Assembly: GCA_001643675.2 (NCBI GenBank)
Contig: LSRY02000004.1
Location: 992,001-1,056,000 of the forward strand
Length of the DNA stretch: 64,000 nucleotides
Direction of reading: 5' to 3'
Source of the DNA: Monocercomonoides exilis PA203
Lineage: Eukaryota; Protista; Preaxostyla
In this document: positions 52,462 to 64,000 of the stretch, one piece after another
Layout of the letters: every line of letters starts with the position of its first letter
Numbering within the stretch: the stretch's first letter is position 1
Program-made: the position numbers and the translations under genes
The notes under the pieces: generated by a model
What the model was told of the DNA's origin: nothing
Seen by the model: the letters and a program-made list of their open reading frames with translations, nothing else
The model's database searches: none

Positions 52462-53420
52462 ATGAAAATTTATGTGGAACAAAAGAGAATTGCTGGACAA
52501 AGGAAATTACGTGCTGCAATGAAATCTTTCGATTACAGAAGGATTGACAATCGGCTGGAACGGATGGAGTGCATTGTGGTGGATGGAGTTGTCAGGATCA
52601 CAGACGCAATAAACTCCATGGAATTCTCACGCAAAAGGATTAAAAATGCTGTTCGGGCGCTGAGAAGAAAAATGGTTGTTTCAAAAGTTGGAAGACAGCA
52701 ATTTGTGATCGGCGAAAAAGAAAATGTTGTATTGGACGAAATAATAATTAAACCAAGGTCTTCAAGCTGTTTGTTAATATGGAAAGTCAGTTAAAAAAAT
52801 TATTTCACTTTTATAATTGATATAATTCTTTTTTCAAATAATTATAAAAAAAAGTATTAATGAAAAAGAAACCATTGCTTCAAATCAACAAAAAAACAAA
52901 GCATTTATGAATTGGAAAAAATGGCAAATAAAGAAATTAAAAAAAGAAGAATGTCAAGTGAAATAACTATAGAAAAGAAGGACGAACTTGTTGAGCTTTG
53001 CATTGATTAAAACAAAAGAGGATATCCATTCACTATTTATTCATTGCAAACCTACATCAACTCAACTTGTAATTTAAACATTTCCTCCTCTTTCATTCTA
53101 AAGTTTTTAAAGAATTACAATGACAAAATAAAAACTGACTTACAAAGCCAATTGAAATTAAAAGGAAAGAAGTGAAGCAATCATTGGGAAAAGAATATGT
53201 GATAGAATTGCAAAAAGTTATAAATAATGTTGAACCACAATATGTTTTCTGCATGGATGAAACACGAATACAAGAATATGCCGATGCCAAATAGAAAAAA
53301 GTTATATGCCCAAAGGAAGCAGACGATAGGAATGCCACAAACAATGTTGTTTGAGATGGAAAACTTGTTTCATTGATTGGGTGTATTCCTCTTATTGATG
53401 CTTCTGTTTTCCCGTTGCTT
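52462..53420 (+). pseudogene. Remnant of a pogo/Tc1-like transposase
   Basis: KVGRQ HTH-linker-like segment and VEPQYVFCMDETRIQ first-Asp motif (~53230-53270). Many stops. Confidence 0.5.
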
Positions 53421-53737
53421 ATAAAATAAAACTGCAACCGTTCAATCTTTGTTATTTGGTGATCTGGATGATGTTGTTTATGTTGTGTTTTAACCCCTTG
53501 TATGTGTTTTCTAAAACATTTTCTAAATTTTTGGAATAGTTTATTTGATTTTTCATTCAATATATTCGTTATTCTTTTTAAAGAGATAGCAATTATTAAT
53601 AATCAGGTTTATCGAAATTTGTTGTTTTTTCATTCATAATGGTAACACTTCTATAAAAAATACGTCCAAAACATTAACCATTTCTTTTTGAAGAATTTTT
53701 GTTATCTCATTTTATTTGATTGTTACACACATCAAAT

Positions 53738-53994
53738 GGGTGATTATATAAGTTAACGTAACTTTTTTCTGGTGCAATTTTTTCGAAAATTGTTTTGTTT
53801 TTTATAGAGATTTTGTATTTTAATGAAATTTTTTTTTTTAATCATTCCAAATACAAATGTATTGGTTGTAATAAAAATGAAAACTTCTTCAATAAAACTT
53901 TTCACTTTTCTCTATTCCTTTGTTAATATTTAAAAGAATATTTTGAACCGAAATTTTTTATTATAAAAAAATTTGATTTCAAAAATAATCATCC
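53738..53994. mobile_element. 257-bp Sola2-like MITE copy
   Basis: gggtgattat...aaataatcatcc with TSD aaat; same length as 20861-21117. Confidence 0.75.
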
Positions 53995-55249
53995 AAATCA
54001 ATTGCAAGAATTCTACAAAAAATGTCTGAATTTAAAATATCACACATATTGACTATATTTTCTTTTCGAAAAGAATCACAAATCTATTTAAGAAATAATA
54101 AAAGCATAATACTTCTTTTGATTATTCAACAAATAAATGAACACACAAACATATGAGGGGAAATTTGGTCTTTCATGCAAATTTTTCAAGAAGCAACAAA
54201 ATTACGTCATTCAAAAAACTGTATTCTTTTTTTCTCAGATTTCAAAATAAATAGTATTTTCAAATCTCAAAATAGTTGTCTTTCATATTATTGGATTATG
54301 TATTATAAAATCACATGTATTTAAAAAAAACGATTGTTTTATTTCATTTTCTAATTTGGTATTAGTAAGTTTGTCAAAAGTGTATCATATTTCAACAACT
54401 ATTTTTCAAATATCATAATTATTCTCATTTAAAAGGTATATAATAATATCACTCAATCTTTAATAAAATTCATCATATCAACAAATAAAATCCCTCAAAA
54501 ATTATAACCTAATGAATATTGACAATTAAGAAAGAATATATTAAATCATTTTCTTTCAATATCTTTCAATAAAAAACAAAATATTATGAATAAGAAATTA
54601 CTTCTTTAAAATTAAAAATAAAATTGAAAGAATGTTAAAAAAAATTTAAAATTCATTTCATATTCTTAAACTTTTTCTTACTCAATTCAAAAATTTGAAA
54701 CAATAAAGTTTTATTGTTATCGAAAATTTTTATTATATGTGAAGAAATACAAATAAAATTTAAACAAATGTCAAAATATATGCTACAATTTTTATTTGTA
54801 TTTTTTAACATTTATATATATCTAGAATTTTAAAATTTTGATATTCGAAATTCAAAAGTGTAATTATGGGAAGAAATAAATTTTAACTTATTTATTATTT
54901 TAGTTTATGTAAACGTATTGCATTTTAGATTTTTAAATGTTATGATGTTTATGACAATTTTTGAAAAGGAATTATTTATTTTCGGATAAAAACAATTAAA
55001 ATGTTAATCAATTAATATTATATTTCTTTATAAACAATTTTATAACAAAAATGAAATTTATCAGTTTTAAAATTTCGTTAATAATTTATAAGTATTACTA
55101 TTTAAAAATTTGAAAGAAAAAAGATACTTTTAAAAAAAAAGTTTTAAAAAAGAAAACAAATCTTTTTTTGAAGTTTGTTATGTTTATAAACTTGTTTGAA
55201 TTATTCCTTAATTTGTTATGTAATTATTTTGTTAATTAGAACAATTTTT

Positions 55250-57301
55250 GTTGAAATCATTACAAATCAACAAATGAGTAAATTTTTGCAACTATGGCAG
55301 CAGACAACAACAAAACGTGGCTGAGGCATTTGACAATCTTCACCAACTTCTTCAAAAAGATGAGTTGATTAATAAGGACACCTTCAATTATGTTTTAATC
55401 ACTCATTTCAAATGCCAAAAATGCAAAAAATTCTCAACACATTTCAACGAAGCTAGCAACAATGTCGTTATCAATTCATCATCTCCAAACAAAGGTCTTT
55501 CATCTCTCTTTTCTTATGAGATATTGAACGGAAAAAATGCTGTCTATTGCGATGAATGCAAGGAAAAATGCTGTGCTGCGAGATGGGAGGAAATAGCTGC
55601 ATTTCCAGAGGTGCTAGCTCTCTGTCATGAATGCACTGATTCTGCTAGTTCTGCGCCTTCGAGAACGCTTCTAATTGAAACTGATCGTGCTAACCAGCGC
55701 ACGTTCTGCAAAGGGTATTCAGAAGAAAACATTCAACGTCTTCAAGAGAGCAATAAGGAAACGATCATTTATCATCTTGTTGGACAAATTCTTTTCAAAC
55801 ATCTAAATCAACATAACGGACATCACATTGCAGTTGAGATAAGAAAGAGTGGACTCAATAGTTTTTGGGGTATTTGCAATGATGAAAGTGTTTCTGAATT
55901 CGATAGTGACAAATGGAGTTCTTCATGGAATAATCTTTACACAAAAGGTTTCACTCCTTCCCTTTCATTTTGCACAAAAGAAAATACAAAGCCAACATTT
56001 TCAACAATTCAATTTGGTGGTTCCTCTTCTTCTTCAGAAACATCAAATTATACCACTTCAAATTACATATCATCATCATCAACAACAATAACAACATCAT
56101 CATCGTCATCATCGCACATCCTCATCATTCAACTTCCATTCCACAACTATCATCATCAATTACATCTTCTTATGGATTAGAAGCTTTGAAAGAAAAAAGA
56201 AAGAAAATGGGCATCTTTTCTCCCAACGAGAAAAGATTGATCTTCAAGTTTAAGACGTAATTGTGGAAAGAGTTTTCAGAAGAAACGAACATCAAAGTTT
56301 CTCTTACCCATTTCTTCAAACTCACCACCAACTTCTCATAAGCAAAAAGAAGAACAGATCTCTGCGGCATGTGCAAAAAATTCAACTATCTGAAAAACAA
56401 GTTGAATTCATCACAAAACAAAAATGGATTTTGTTTAACAGAGTTTCATACACTCAAACTTCTTCGACAACATTATCTTGTTGCAGAAATGCAACGAAAG
56501 CATTATCAATCGACTGTCGACAATTTGAAAGAGGGAGAAGCAGTCTTCGTCTTCGACTTTAAAGAAAAATGGAAACTCCCTCTCAGAAAAAATCAACTTC
56601 AACAAGAATTCTTCAATTATCAACAGGTTTCTCAATTCACAATCATCTCTCTTCAAAAAATTAATAATCAACAAATAAAACGAACATTCAACTTTTATTC
56701 CGACTGCCTCTCAAATGATCGCAGATTTGTTATTGAGTGTCTGGAATCTGTGATCAAAAGACACTTCTTCTCAGACACTCACACTTTTAAGTTCTTTTGC
56801 GATTCGGGTCCACACAACCGAAATTGCTTCCTTCTTCACTTCATCCTCTCAAAACAATCGAAACTTCTTAAAAAGGAAAATACTCAACTCAATTTCTTCG
56901 CTGAGCACCATGGAAAAAATATCTGTGATAGTGAATTTGGTGCACTTGTGAACACAATCAACAACAATCTATCAACTGAACACATCACCACACTTCATGA
57001 CTTTATCGACATCTTCGAAAACAATATGAATACTTCGACATCAACTTCTTCAACTTCTCATTCAAACATTTTCTCAACATCATCATCAAACTCTTCACCA
57101 TCTTCAACATCTGTCAATGACTCCGTACATGAAAGGTACTTTGAAGAATATGTACCATCTCAACAAATCTCATGGCCATCATTGTCAGTTCCTCACATGA
57201 AAGACTATTTGTATTTTGAGCGCAAGGGCTCATTTGTCTATGCTTCAGCTGTTGGATATCTCTTCGACGCTCTCTGGTTGCCATCGAATTTTCGACAATG
57301 A
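55250..57301 (+). pseudogene. USP(C19)-like domain joined via a Ser-rich linker to a Sola2-like transposase
   Basis: USP part: QQNVAEAF, CQKC, CDECKE, FPEVLAL, YHLVGQI..NGHHIA, WGICNDESV. One frameshift near 56115, then RRTDLC, FVFDFKEKW, SDCLSND, FCDSGPHNRN and FAEHHGKNICDSEFG. Confidence 0.8.
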
Positions 57302-60300
57302 AAGAAAAGGTTCAACGAACAAGGAAGTCATTTCACTCTGATATCACATAATCTAACTCTTCTCTTCTTTCTCAATCTTCTCAAGATCTTCTTTCAAGGA
57401 TATTTGATCTTCTTCTTGACTCTTCTTCTTTAAATGAATCTCAAAATTGTATTTATGGTGTCCCCTATTAAGAAACTGGTTATTGTGTATACTTAGCTGG
57501 CACTCTATCGGAAGGGTGCTGGACATGACTGTTCGTATTAGATATTGCAGCCTTCGGGCTGCTTTATCCGGACTTGGATACGACGAACAGCCTCCCAGGT
57601 GCACAACAGTTAGAATCCGATTGTTTTCTTGTGGTTTTTGTCCCAATAATGTCCCTATTATAAAATTGGTTATTGTACCTATAATTATTGTATTTATCGA
57701 GATTCATAAATAGAGAGAGTTGTGAGGGAATTCATTGATCTTTGAGTGAGGTTTTTGGAAGGGAGAGTTGTTGAGAGTATGAAATGTTGTTTTATCACTT
57801 TGTCTGTCTTTTTTCTTTGTTGGATTTGTTCTTTTTGAGTTTGGACAAGAGAAATAACAGAAAGAGGAAAGTGGATGGAAGACAGAGGGAAAATAGACAA
57901 GTAAGTTTTTGAACTTTTTGTATGAGTTTTCTTTTTTGTTTGGAATTGTCTTTGAAACCTTGAATTTGTTATAATAGTACTGTTTTTTCTTATATCTTTT
58001 GTTGTTCAAAATTATTGAAATTTAGTTGATATTTGGTGAATGTTTTATGATAATGTGATTGAATTATGTTTTTTTGAAAGTTATTGAATCTGATTTGAAA
58101 ATTTCTGACTGTTTTAAATTTTTTTAATGATCAATATCATGAAGTACTTTTTGTTTTTTATGTCATTTTGATTGGTGAAGGATAACAAATTTTTAACGTA
58201 TTTTTTTTCATTTCTCTGATATTTTTTCCATTTCGAAAAAACTCAAATTCGAATATACAAACATTTTTCTGCTTGAAATTATTTTTATTTCTTCCATATT
58301 GCAAGATCAAATATTGAAAACCAACACACTCAAAAAATTCATAATATTTTATTTCAAACAGATCGACAAAAAAATTTTGACTTCAAAAAAGATCTCAATG
58401 ATCATGAAAACTTTTTTATTACGTGGAAATTTGCAGAAATCGTTATTAACCTCATGAAACACTTCAACAACATACATATATTATCTTGATACATCAAAAA
58501 AGCATTTCTGCAAATTGCAGATCAATAAAAAAATTGAAATTTGAAATGGGATTATAATGAAGAAAAAGGTTTGAAATTTTGTGTTTGATACTCTATTTTT
58601 GCTTATTTTTTGCAACTTATGAAAGCTTATATTTAATATTTCGAATGCTTTTTCTCTTTTCCTCTTCGAAATTCTTTTATTAATTTCCAACTGAATCCTG
58701 AATAGGATTTTGCTGTTTCCCGTTTCCAATGGAGTGAAAGCAAATTATGCTATGTTTGTCCTTCAAGGTATTTTATTTATTTATTTTTTTATTTTTTATT
58801 TTCTTATTTTTATTTATTTATTTATTTTTATTTATTTATTTCTTTTTTTATCATTTTGATTAATGAATGATTGATATTTTTTAAATGTTTCAAATTATCA
58901 ATTCACAAAAAATATCCAGATTGGCTAATAAAAATGATTATTAAATACTCAAACGTGTAAATGTATCCGCATGCAAAATAAATTACTAATAGTTTGTTTC
59001 ACATTGCATTTAGTAATTTGACAATAACATAAAATAATTTTTCGTTTGAACAAAAAACCCCTAAGCTCAATTCAACAAATAATAATGTATCAACTCATGA
59101 TCATAGAACAGATTCCAACACCTGCATTTTTTGCTTCTAATAGTTTATTTACATAATAGTCAATCGTTCCGAACAAAAAAATTTGCGTCTTTGAATCTGC
59201 ATCTTTGGATCAAAATTGTTACCATAATAAAAGTGAAAATTTCAGAAAATTTGAATAAATTCATTTTGAATTTGTTGATGGCTGTTTTTTCATCCCAGCA
59301 GAGTGAAGCACTAGGAAATGATAGTCATTTTCGGAAGCAGCAAGTAAAGGAGGCAATCATGCAGATAATTTATCAGTATCGGTCGAATAAAAGAAAGATA
59401 GGCCACACTTTTAGAAATGCATCAAGCATGGTTCTTTTTCTTTGTATAGTTTCTATTTTTAAATTCATCATCTTATACAGTCAAAACCGGATATAATCTC
59501 ATCGGATTTTGCACAACTTTTTGTGATTAAATCCGATTGTGATAATATACGATGTTGCTTCACACAGAAAAAAATAAACATTAATAAATTATTTAATTAA
59601 TTTTGGGTCAATTTTTTAATTTTTGGTAATTCTTTACGAAAACACTTTTTTCAATTGAAATATGAATTTTTAATGTTTCTTTATGCTATTCAGACTTATT
59701 AAAACAAAATTTTGAAAAATAAAAAAATTGAGATTTCTGATCAAAAAGTCGATTTTTCAATGAAAAATCCACCCGTAATGATAAAAAATGTGATTATATA
59801 TTTTCAGCCCTGTGATTATATGCGAAGGAAAATGAATGAAAAAGAAGCCAAAAATGTCGGTGCATCGAAGTATGTGACAATAAACGAATATGATTGTATT
59901 CAATGTGATAATAACCAGTTTTGACTGAAATGGAAAGAAAATTATGCAATTATTTATTGAACGTTTGAGTGGTATTGTTTAATCCTTGTTTTTAATAAAC
60001 AAAATAATTTTTCATTTTTTGTTCACAATAAAAAAGATTAGCAACTTGTTGTTTCATTCCGGTCTGTTGTACTACAAAATTGAAAAAAAGAATAAGATTC
60101 TTTTATTGGAGTCATTTTTGAATGCTGTGACAAAAAAAGATTTGAGCAATTCTCAATGGAATTGAACAAAAAACCTTGTTGACTGTACAAAACGGATGCT
60201 AAAACTTCACGGTTCCTCTGTTCAAAAAAGTGAAAGAAAATTATTGACAAAAATTAGAAATCGTTTGCGCTTCACTTCTTTCACTTTTGAACAGATAATT

Positions 60301-60483
60301 ATTCATTCAACTAAATCAAATTATAATTTTCAACATTGTGAATGGTGGTTAAAGCGAAATAAAACTGAAAGCAGTGAAAATGAAAGAAAATACAAAAAGT
60401 TTTTAATAAACTAGTCGGATGATGATATTGATTATCAGAACAACACATCATTCTTGACAGTTGAACGCATTTCTTTACCCACA

Positions 60484-60727
60484 TGGCCAAATTTTTTTTT
60501 AAAGTTTCTTTTGTATAATTTTCAAATAGAATAAAAAATTTCATATTTCGATCAAATATCTGTTCCCACTTTCCTTATTTCGCTGTCATGGAAACAAAAT
60601 CTTGACAATGTGAAAATTTACATACTGGTGAAAGTTGGTGAGTAGGAATAAAATTTTAAAGAAAATATTTAATTTTCATTTTCATATGAAAATTAAACAA
60701 AAGGAACTTTTCAATTAGATTTGGCCA
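60484..60727. mobile_element. Fold-back MITE family B copy (diverged)
   Basis: Similar to 36191-36432; tggcca at both ends. Confidence 0.6.
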
Positions 60728-61218
60728 TATAATTTCAACTATCCAATTCAACGAATAAGTCTTCGTAACATGCAAACGCTTTCAAATTTTAATATGTTGA
60801 ATATGATATAATATGAAAAACGATGAGGAGAAAATGAAACATCAATTCATTATCTGCTTCATCCACCTCGTCCTCCTCAGTCTTTCAACCAGCTCGCTCT
60901 ACTGCTTCATTTGATTCAATTGCTTCATCTGATTTATCTACCATGTCTGCCTCTTTGGAAACATCCGCACAGACAACACAAGAAGAACAGAAAAAAAACC
61001 GTTTTATATTCGAAATGGATTGTTTTTACTAGAACATTAATTTGATGAATGAAATAAATAAAAGAGATATTTTTTTAAGAATAATAAAAAAAATATTCTT
61101 TTCAATAAAATAAGAGACAAAATATTTGACTTCAGGCATTTATATCGAAAAATTACGCACTTCAGATTTACTTTTTGTGAACGAAAATTTTCAACAAAAT
61201 TGGTTCATTTTTCGAAAT

Positions 61219-61474
61219 GGGTGATTATTTTTGAAAACATATTTTTTCTTTCAGAATTTTCGGTTCAATATTTTCACTTTTTTATCAACAAAAGAGCACA
61301 AAAAAATGAAAAGGTTCATTGAAAACATTAACATCTTTATTTGAGCATAAACATTTATTATTTTTACTGTTGTGATAAAGACACACATAGAATACAAAAA
61401 CTCTTCCCAATGACAAACAACCTTTGAAAAATAAACACCCACGAAAAAAGTTATGATTTCAAAAATAATCACCA
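61219..61474. mobile_element. 256-bp Sola2-like MITE copy (inverted relative to 20861)
   Basis: gggtgattatttttgaaa...ttatgatttcaaaaataatcacca with TSD aaat. Confidence 0.8.
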
Positions 61475-61684
61475 AAATACATTTTATGTCACAAAACTTA
61501 ATAATAATATATATCACTTTCGTTTGTGTATAGATAGAAAAACAAATTCATTATGAAATCTGATTTAGTTCAATTATGTTATAAGTGAAACAATTTTTTC
61601 GTGCTTTGTGTATAAAAAGCTTGAAAGTCCATATTTTCCCCCATATGAACTTTGGTAAAATATGAGAATAGAAAAAAGTCTAAA

Positions 61685-61927
61685 TGTCAAAATTTTTTTG
61701 AAAAGTTCCTTTTGTTAAATCTTCAGATATATTTATAATTGCATATTTCTATCAAATTTCTGTTTCCAATCTCGAAAATTCACTAAAATGGAAATAATGT
61801 CATTGATGAGATTATGTTTTTATGACAGTTGAATTTGGTGTGTGTGAACAGAATTATGATCGAAATATGAAATTTTTATTTTTATCTGAAAATTAAACGA
61901 AAGGAACTTTTCAAAAAAATTTTGACA
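61685..61927. mobile_element. Fold-back MITE family B copy
   Basis: tgtcaaaatttttttgaaaagttcc...ggaacttttcaaaaaaattttgaca. Confidence 0.75.
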
Positions 61928-62103
61928 AATATAAGTTTTTCTCATTCTTGAAAAATGTCTAAATACATTAATAAAGCTAAAAATAGAACAGATATATTCA
62001 ATTGTTGTTATCAAAAGAATAGTTAAGAAATTTAAATGAAAACAAATGGACTTACAGATGATGAAATGGAAGTGTAATGAATTTTGATTAAGTTCGAAAT
62101 TAT

Positions 62104-62149
<46 letters not shown>

Positions 62150-62155
<6 letters not shown>

Positions 62156-62800
62156 GAAAAGTTCAACAACAATCTTTATGTACAAAAAGAAAATGACATT
62201 CTGGTTTTGCTTGACTTTAAGCAAAACTGTTCTCTTTTTTTCAAGAAGTCTCAAATATCACGAGATTTCTATGAAAAGAAAGAAATATTTCACCGTGGAG
62301 TTATTAGTTATCAATCACAACACAATAGACATTACAAATCAAGTTTCCACTTAATTCAGAAGTGCCTTTTAATGACAGTCAATATTCCATTTATTGCATT
62401 GCAAATTCTTTTAACCTTTCTTTTCAATTATCATGTTATAAACAATCACTCAAAAAATGAGCTGACTGCGGTTAGCATTTTCGAAAGTGTTTGTTTCAAT
62501 ATTTCCTCTTTTATCCTTTATCTTCCATTTTCAAGAAATTCTTTTCCACCTCGTTTTCTATTTTTTTGCAGAAGAACACAGTAAAGGAGAGTTTGGTGTC
62601 CTCTCGAGAGGATATCTTAACATCTGAAAACTCATCTCATTTTTTAAAAAACGTTATTTTGTTCATCAAAAGATGAGATTGGAAGTGTGTCAATTAATAA
62701 GCATTTTATGTCATATTTCCAAATGCTTCATGAAAGAATATCACCGAAGCTGAGGGTTAAAGATTTAAAATTAAATCTTTTATGGAGCAGCGAAAAAGGA
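62150..62800 (+). pseudogene. Remnant of a third Sola2-like transposase
   Basis: ILVLLDFKQNCSL..SQISRDFYEK aligns with the other two copies. Heavily frameshifted. Confidence 0.6.
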
Positions 62801-63390
62801 AGAATTTTTGCTTCACCGTTTCACGAAAAAAAGATAAGATGGAATGAAATAAATGTTGCTGTTTCTTTCGAAAGTTAAGAGAAACAAGCAACAAGCAAGT
62901 AATCCTCTTGCATCTCTTCACCAATTGGAAAGCAAATACTTTTACTTATTTTGTGAAGATTTGAAGAAGAAAAAGACAAATATTCAACATCAGAATTGTT
63001 TGGAAGTGGAGACGAAACAACAGAAGAAACTGAAAACTGCTATAAAGAACAAAGTCACTTACATCCAAAAAATGCTTTCAGGTGGGATTTTGCAAACAAA
63101 TTTGAAATCATATGTGTAATTTTTTATGAAAAGTCTCAAACGTTCAATTGTCGAATGATATTAAATTTTCATATTTTGCTCAAATTTTTGTCAACATTCA
63201 AGAAACTTATTTAATATGTTATCTGGAACTTGATAATGCAATTGCAAACATTCAAGTGAATTTGCATGAATGTTAACCAAAATTTGTGCTTTATAACAAA
63301 ATTTTAAATCATTTGACAATAGAAAATTTGCGACTTATCAAAAAAAATAATATATATGATCATCTCATTCAAGGTCATTTTTCAAAATTG

Positions 63391-63615
63391 TTCTTTCTTT
63401 TTCTCTCTCTTTCTTTCTTTCTCTTTCTTTTTCTTTCTTTTTCTTTCTCTCTCTTTCTTTCTCTTTCTTTCTCTTTCTTTTTCTTTCTTTTTCTTTCTCT
63501 CTCTTTCTTTCTCTTTCTTTTTCTTTCTTTTTCTTTCTCTCTCTTTCTTTCTCTTTCTTTTTCTTTCTTTTTCTTTCTTTCTCTCTTTTTCTCTTTCTCT
63601 CTCTATCTTTTTCTC
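63391..63615. repeat. CT/TTC polypyrimidine simple repeat
   Basis: Directly visible. Confidence 0.95.
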
Positions 63616-64000
63616 GTTGCATGTGGACATTATTACACAGTCCAAAAACAAACCATTATTTGAAATCTTTCATTAAATATTGTTTCAAAAATCGATATAA
63701 AAAATAACTCATTTGAGCGTCAGTGAAAATTAACAACTATTACTAATATGGATATTCACTTTCTTATTGTTTTTCACCCAATTTCAATTTTATTTGATAA
63801 TCACGTTTTAATAAGTGTTTGCAATAGATCGAATAAAATTCTTTTTTTTTCATAATAAAAGAAAAAAATATCAAACAGATATAAACGGCTAATTCAAAGA
63901 AAAAAAAAAAAATGTATTTGCTGGAGCAGAGAAAAAAGATGTCAATCTATGAAATGAGAAGATAAAAAACTACATCCCAAAAATATTCGAACAGTGAAAG

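Noticed and set aside
15144-56345. Many in-frame TAA stops in TE ORFs, suggesting TAA=Gln recoding as in some oxymonads
   Set aside because: Paralog comparison shows the stops replace varied residues (L, S, E, K/R), and host genes end in TAA. AT-biased decay explains them.
57353-57713. Slightly GC-richer short ORFs downstream of the Sola2 transposase
   Set aside because: No recognisable motif, so no call can be supported.
63286-63676. FLSLSF/KERERK ORFs
   Set aside because: Translations of a simple repeat.

Overview
AT-rich, intron-containing eukaryotic DNA in the standard genetic code. Gene style (Ser/Glu-rich proteins, an expanded receptor-kinase-like family) suggests an oxymonad such as Monocercomonoides; that assignment is inference. 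Bases 1-12,000 are gene-dense, with three head-to-head pairs: STE20 kinase 5' exon / AKAP7-like 2H phosphoesterase, Hook-family adaptor / LRRC23-like, and PRL phosphatase / p24 protein. From about 12.3 kb onward the window is a nest of mobile DNA. (1) A cargo-carrying hAT element. (2) A structurally complete 4.6-kb element (42667-47261) with ~670-bp TIRs and a 6-7 bp TSD. It encodes only a primase-polymerase/SF3-helicase and a small TIR-embedded ORF, with no integrase, capsid or PolB, so it resembles a minimal Polinton/transpoviron-like element. (3) A second, broken copy of that element that hosts a Russian-doll nest: a pogo element containing an 8-bp-TSD pack element, plus a MITE. (4) A 10-kb Sola2-type pack element. 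(5) Sola2 transposases that appear fused to USP (peptidase C19) domains. (6) Two MITE families. All calls come from reading the sequence by eye; no database searches were run.
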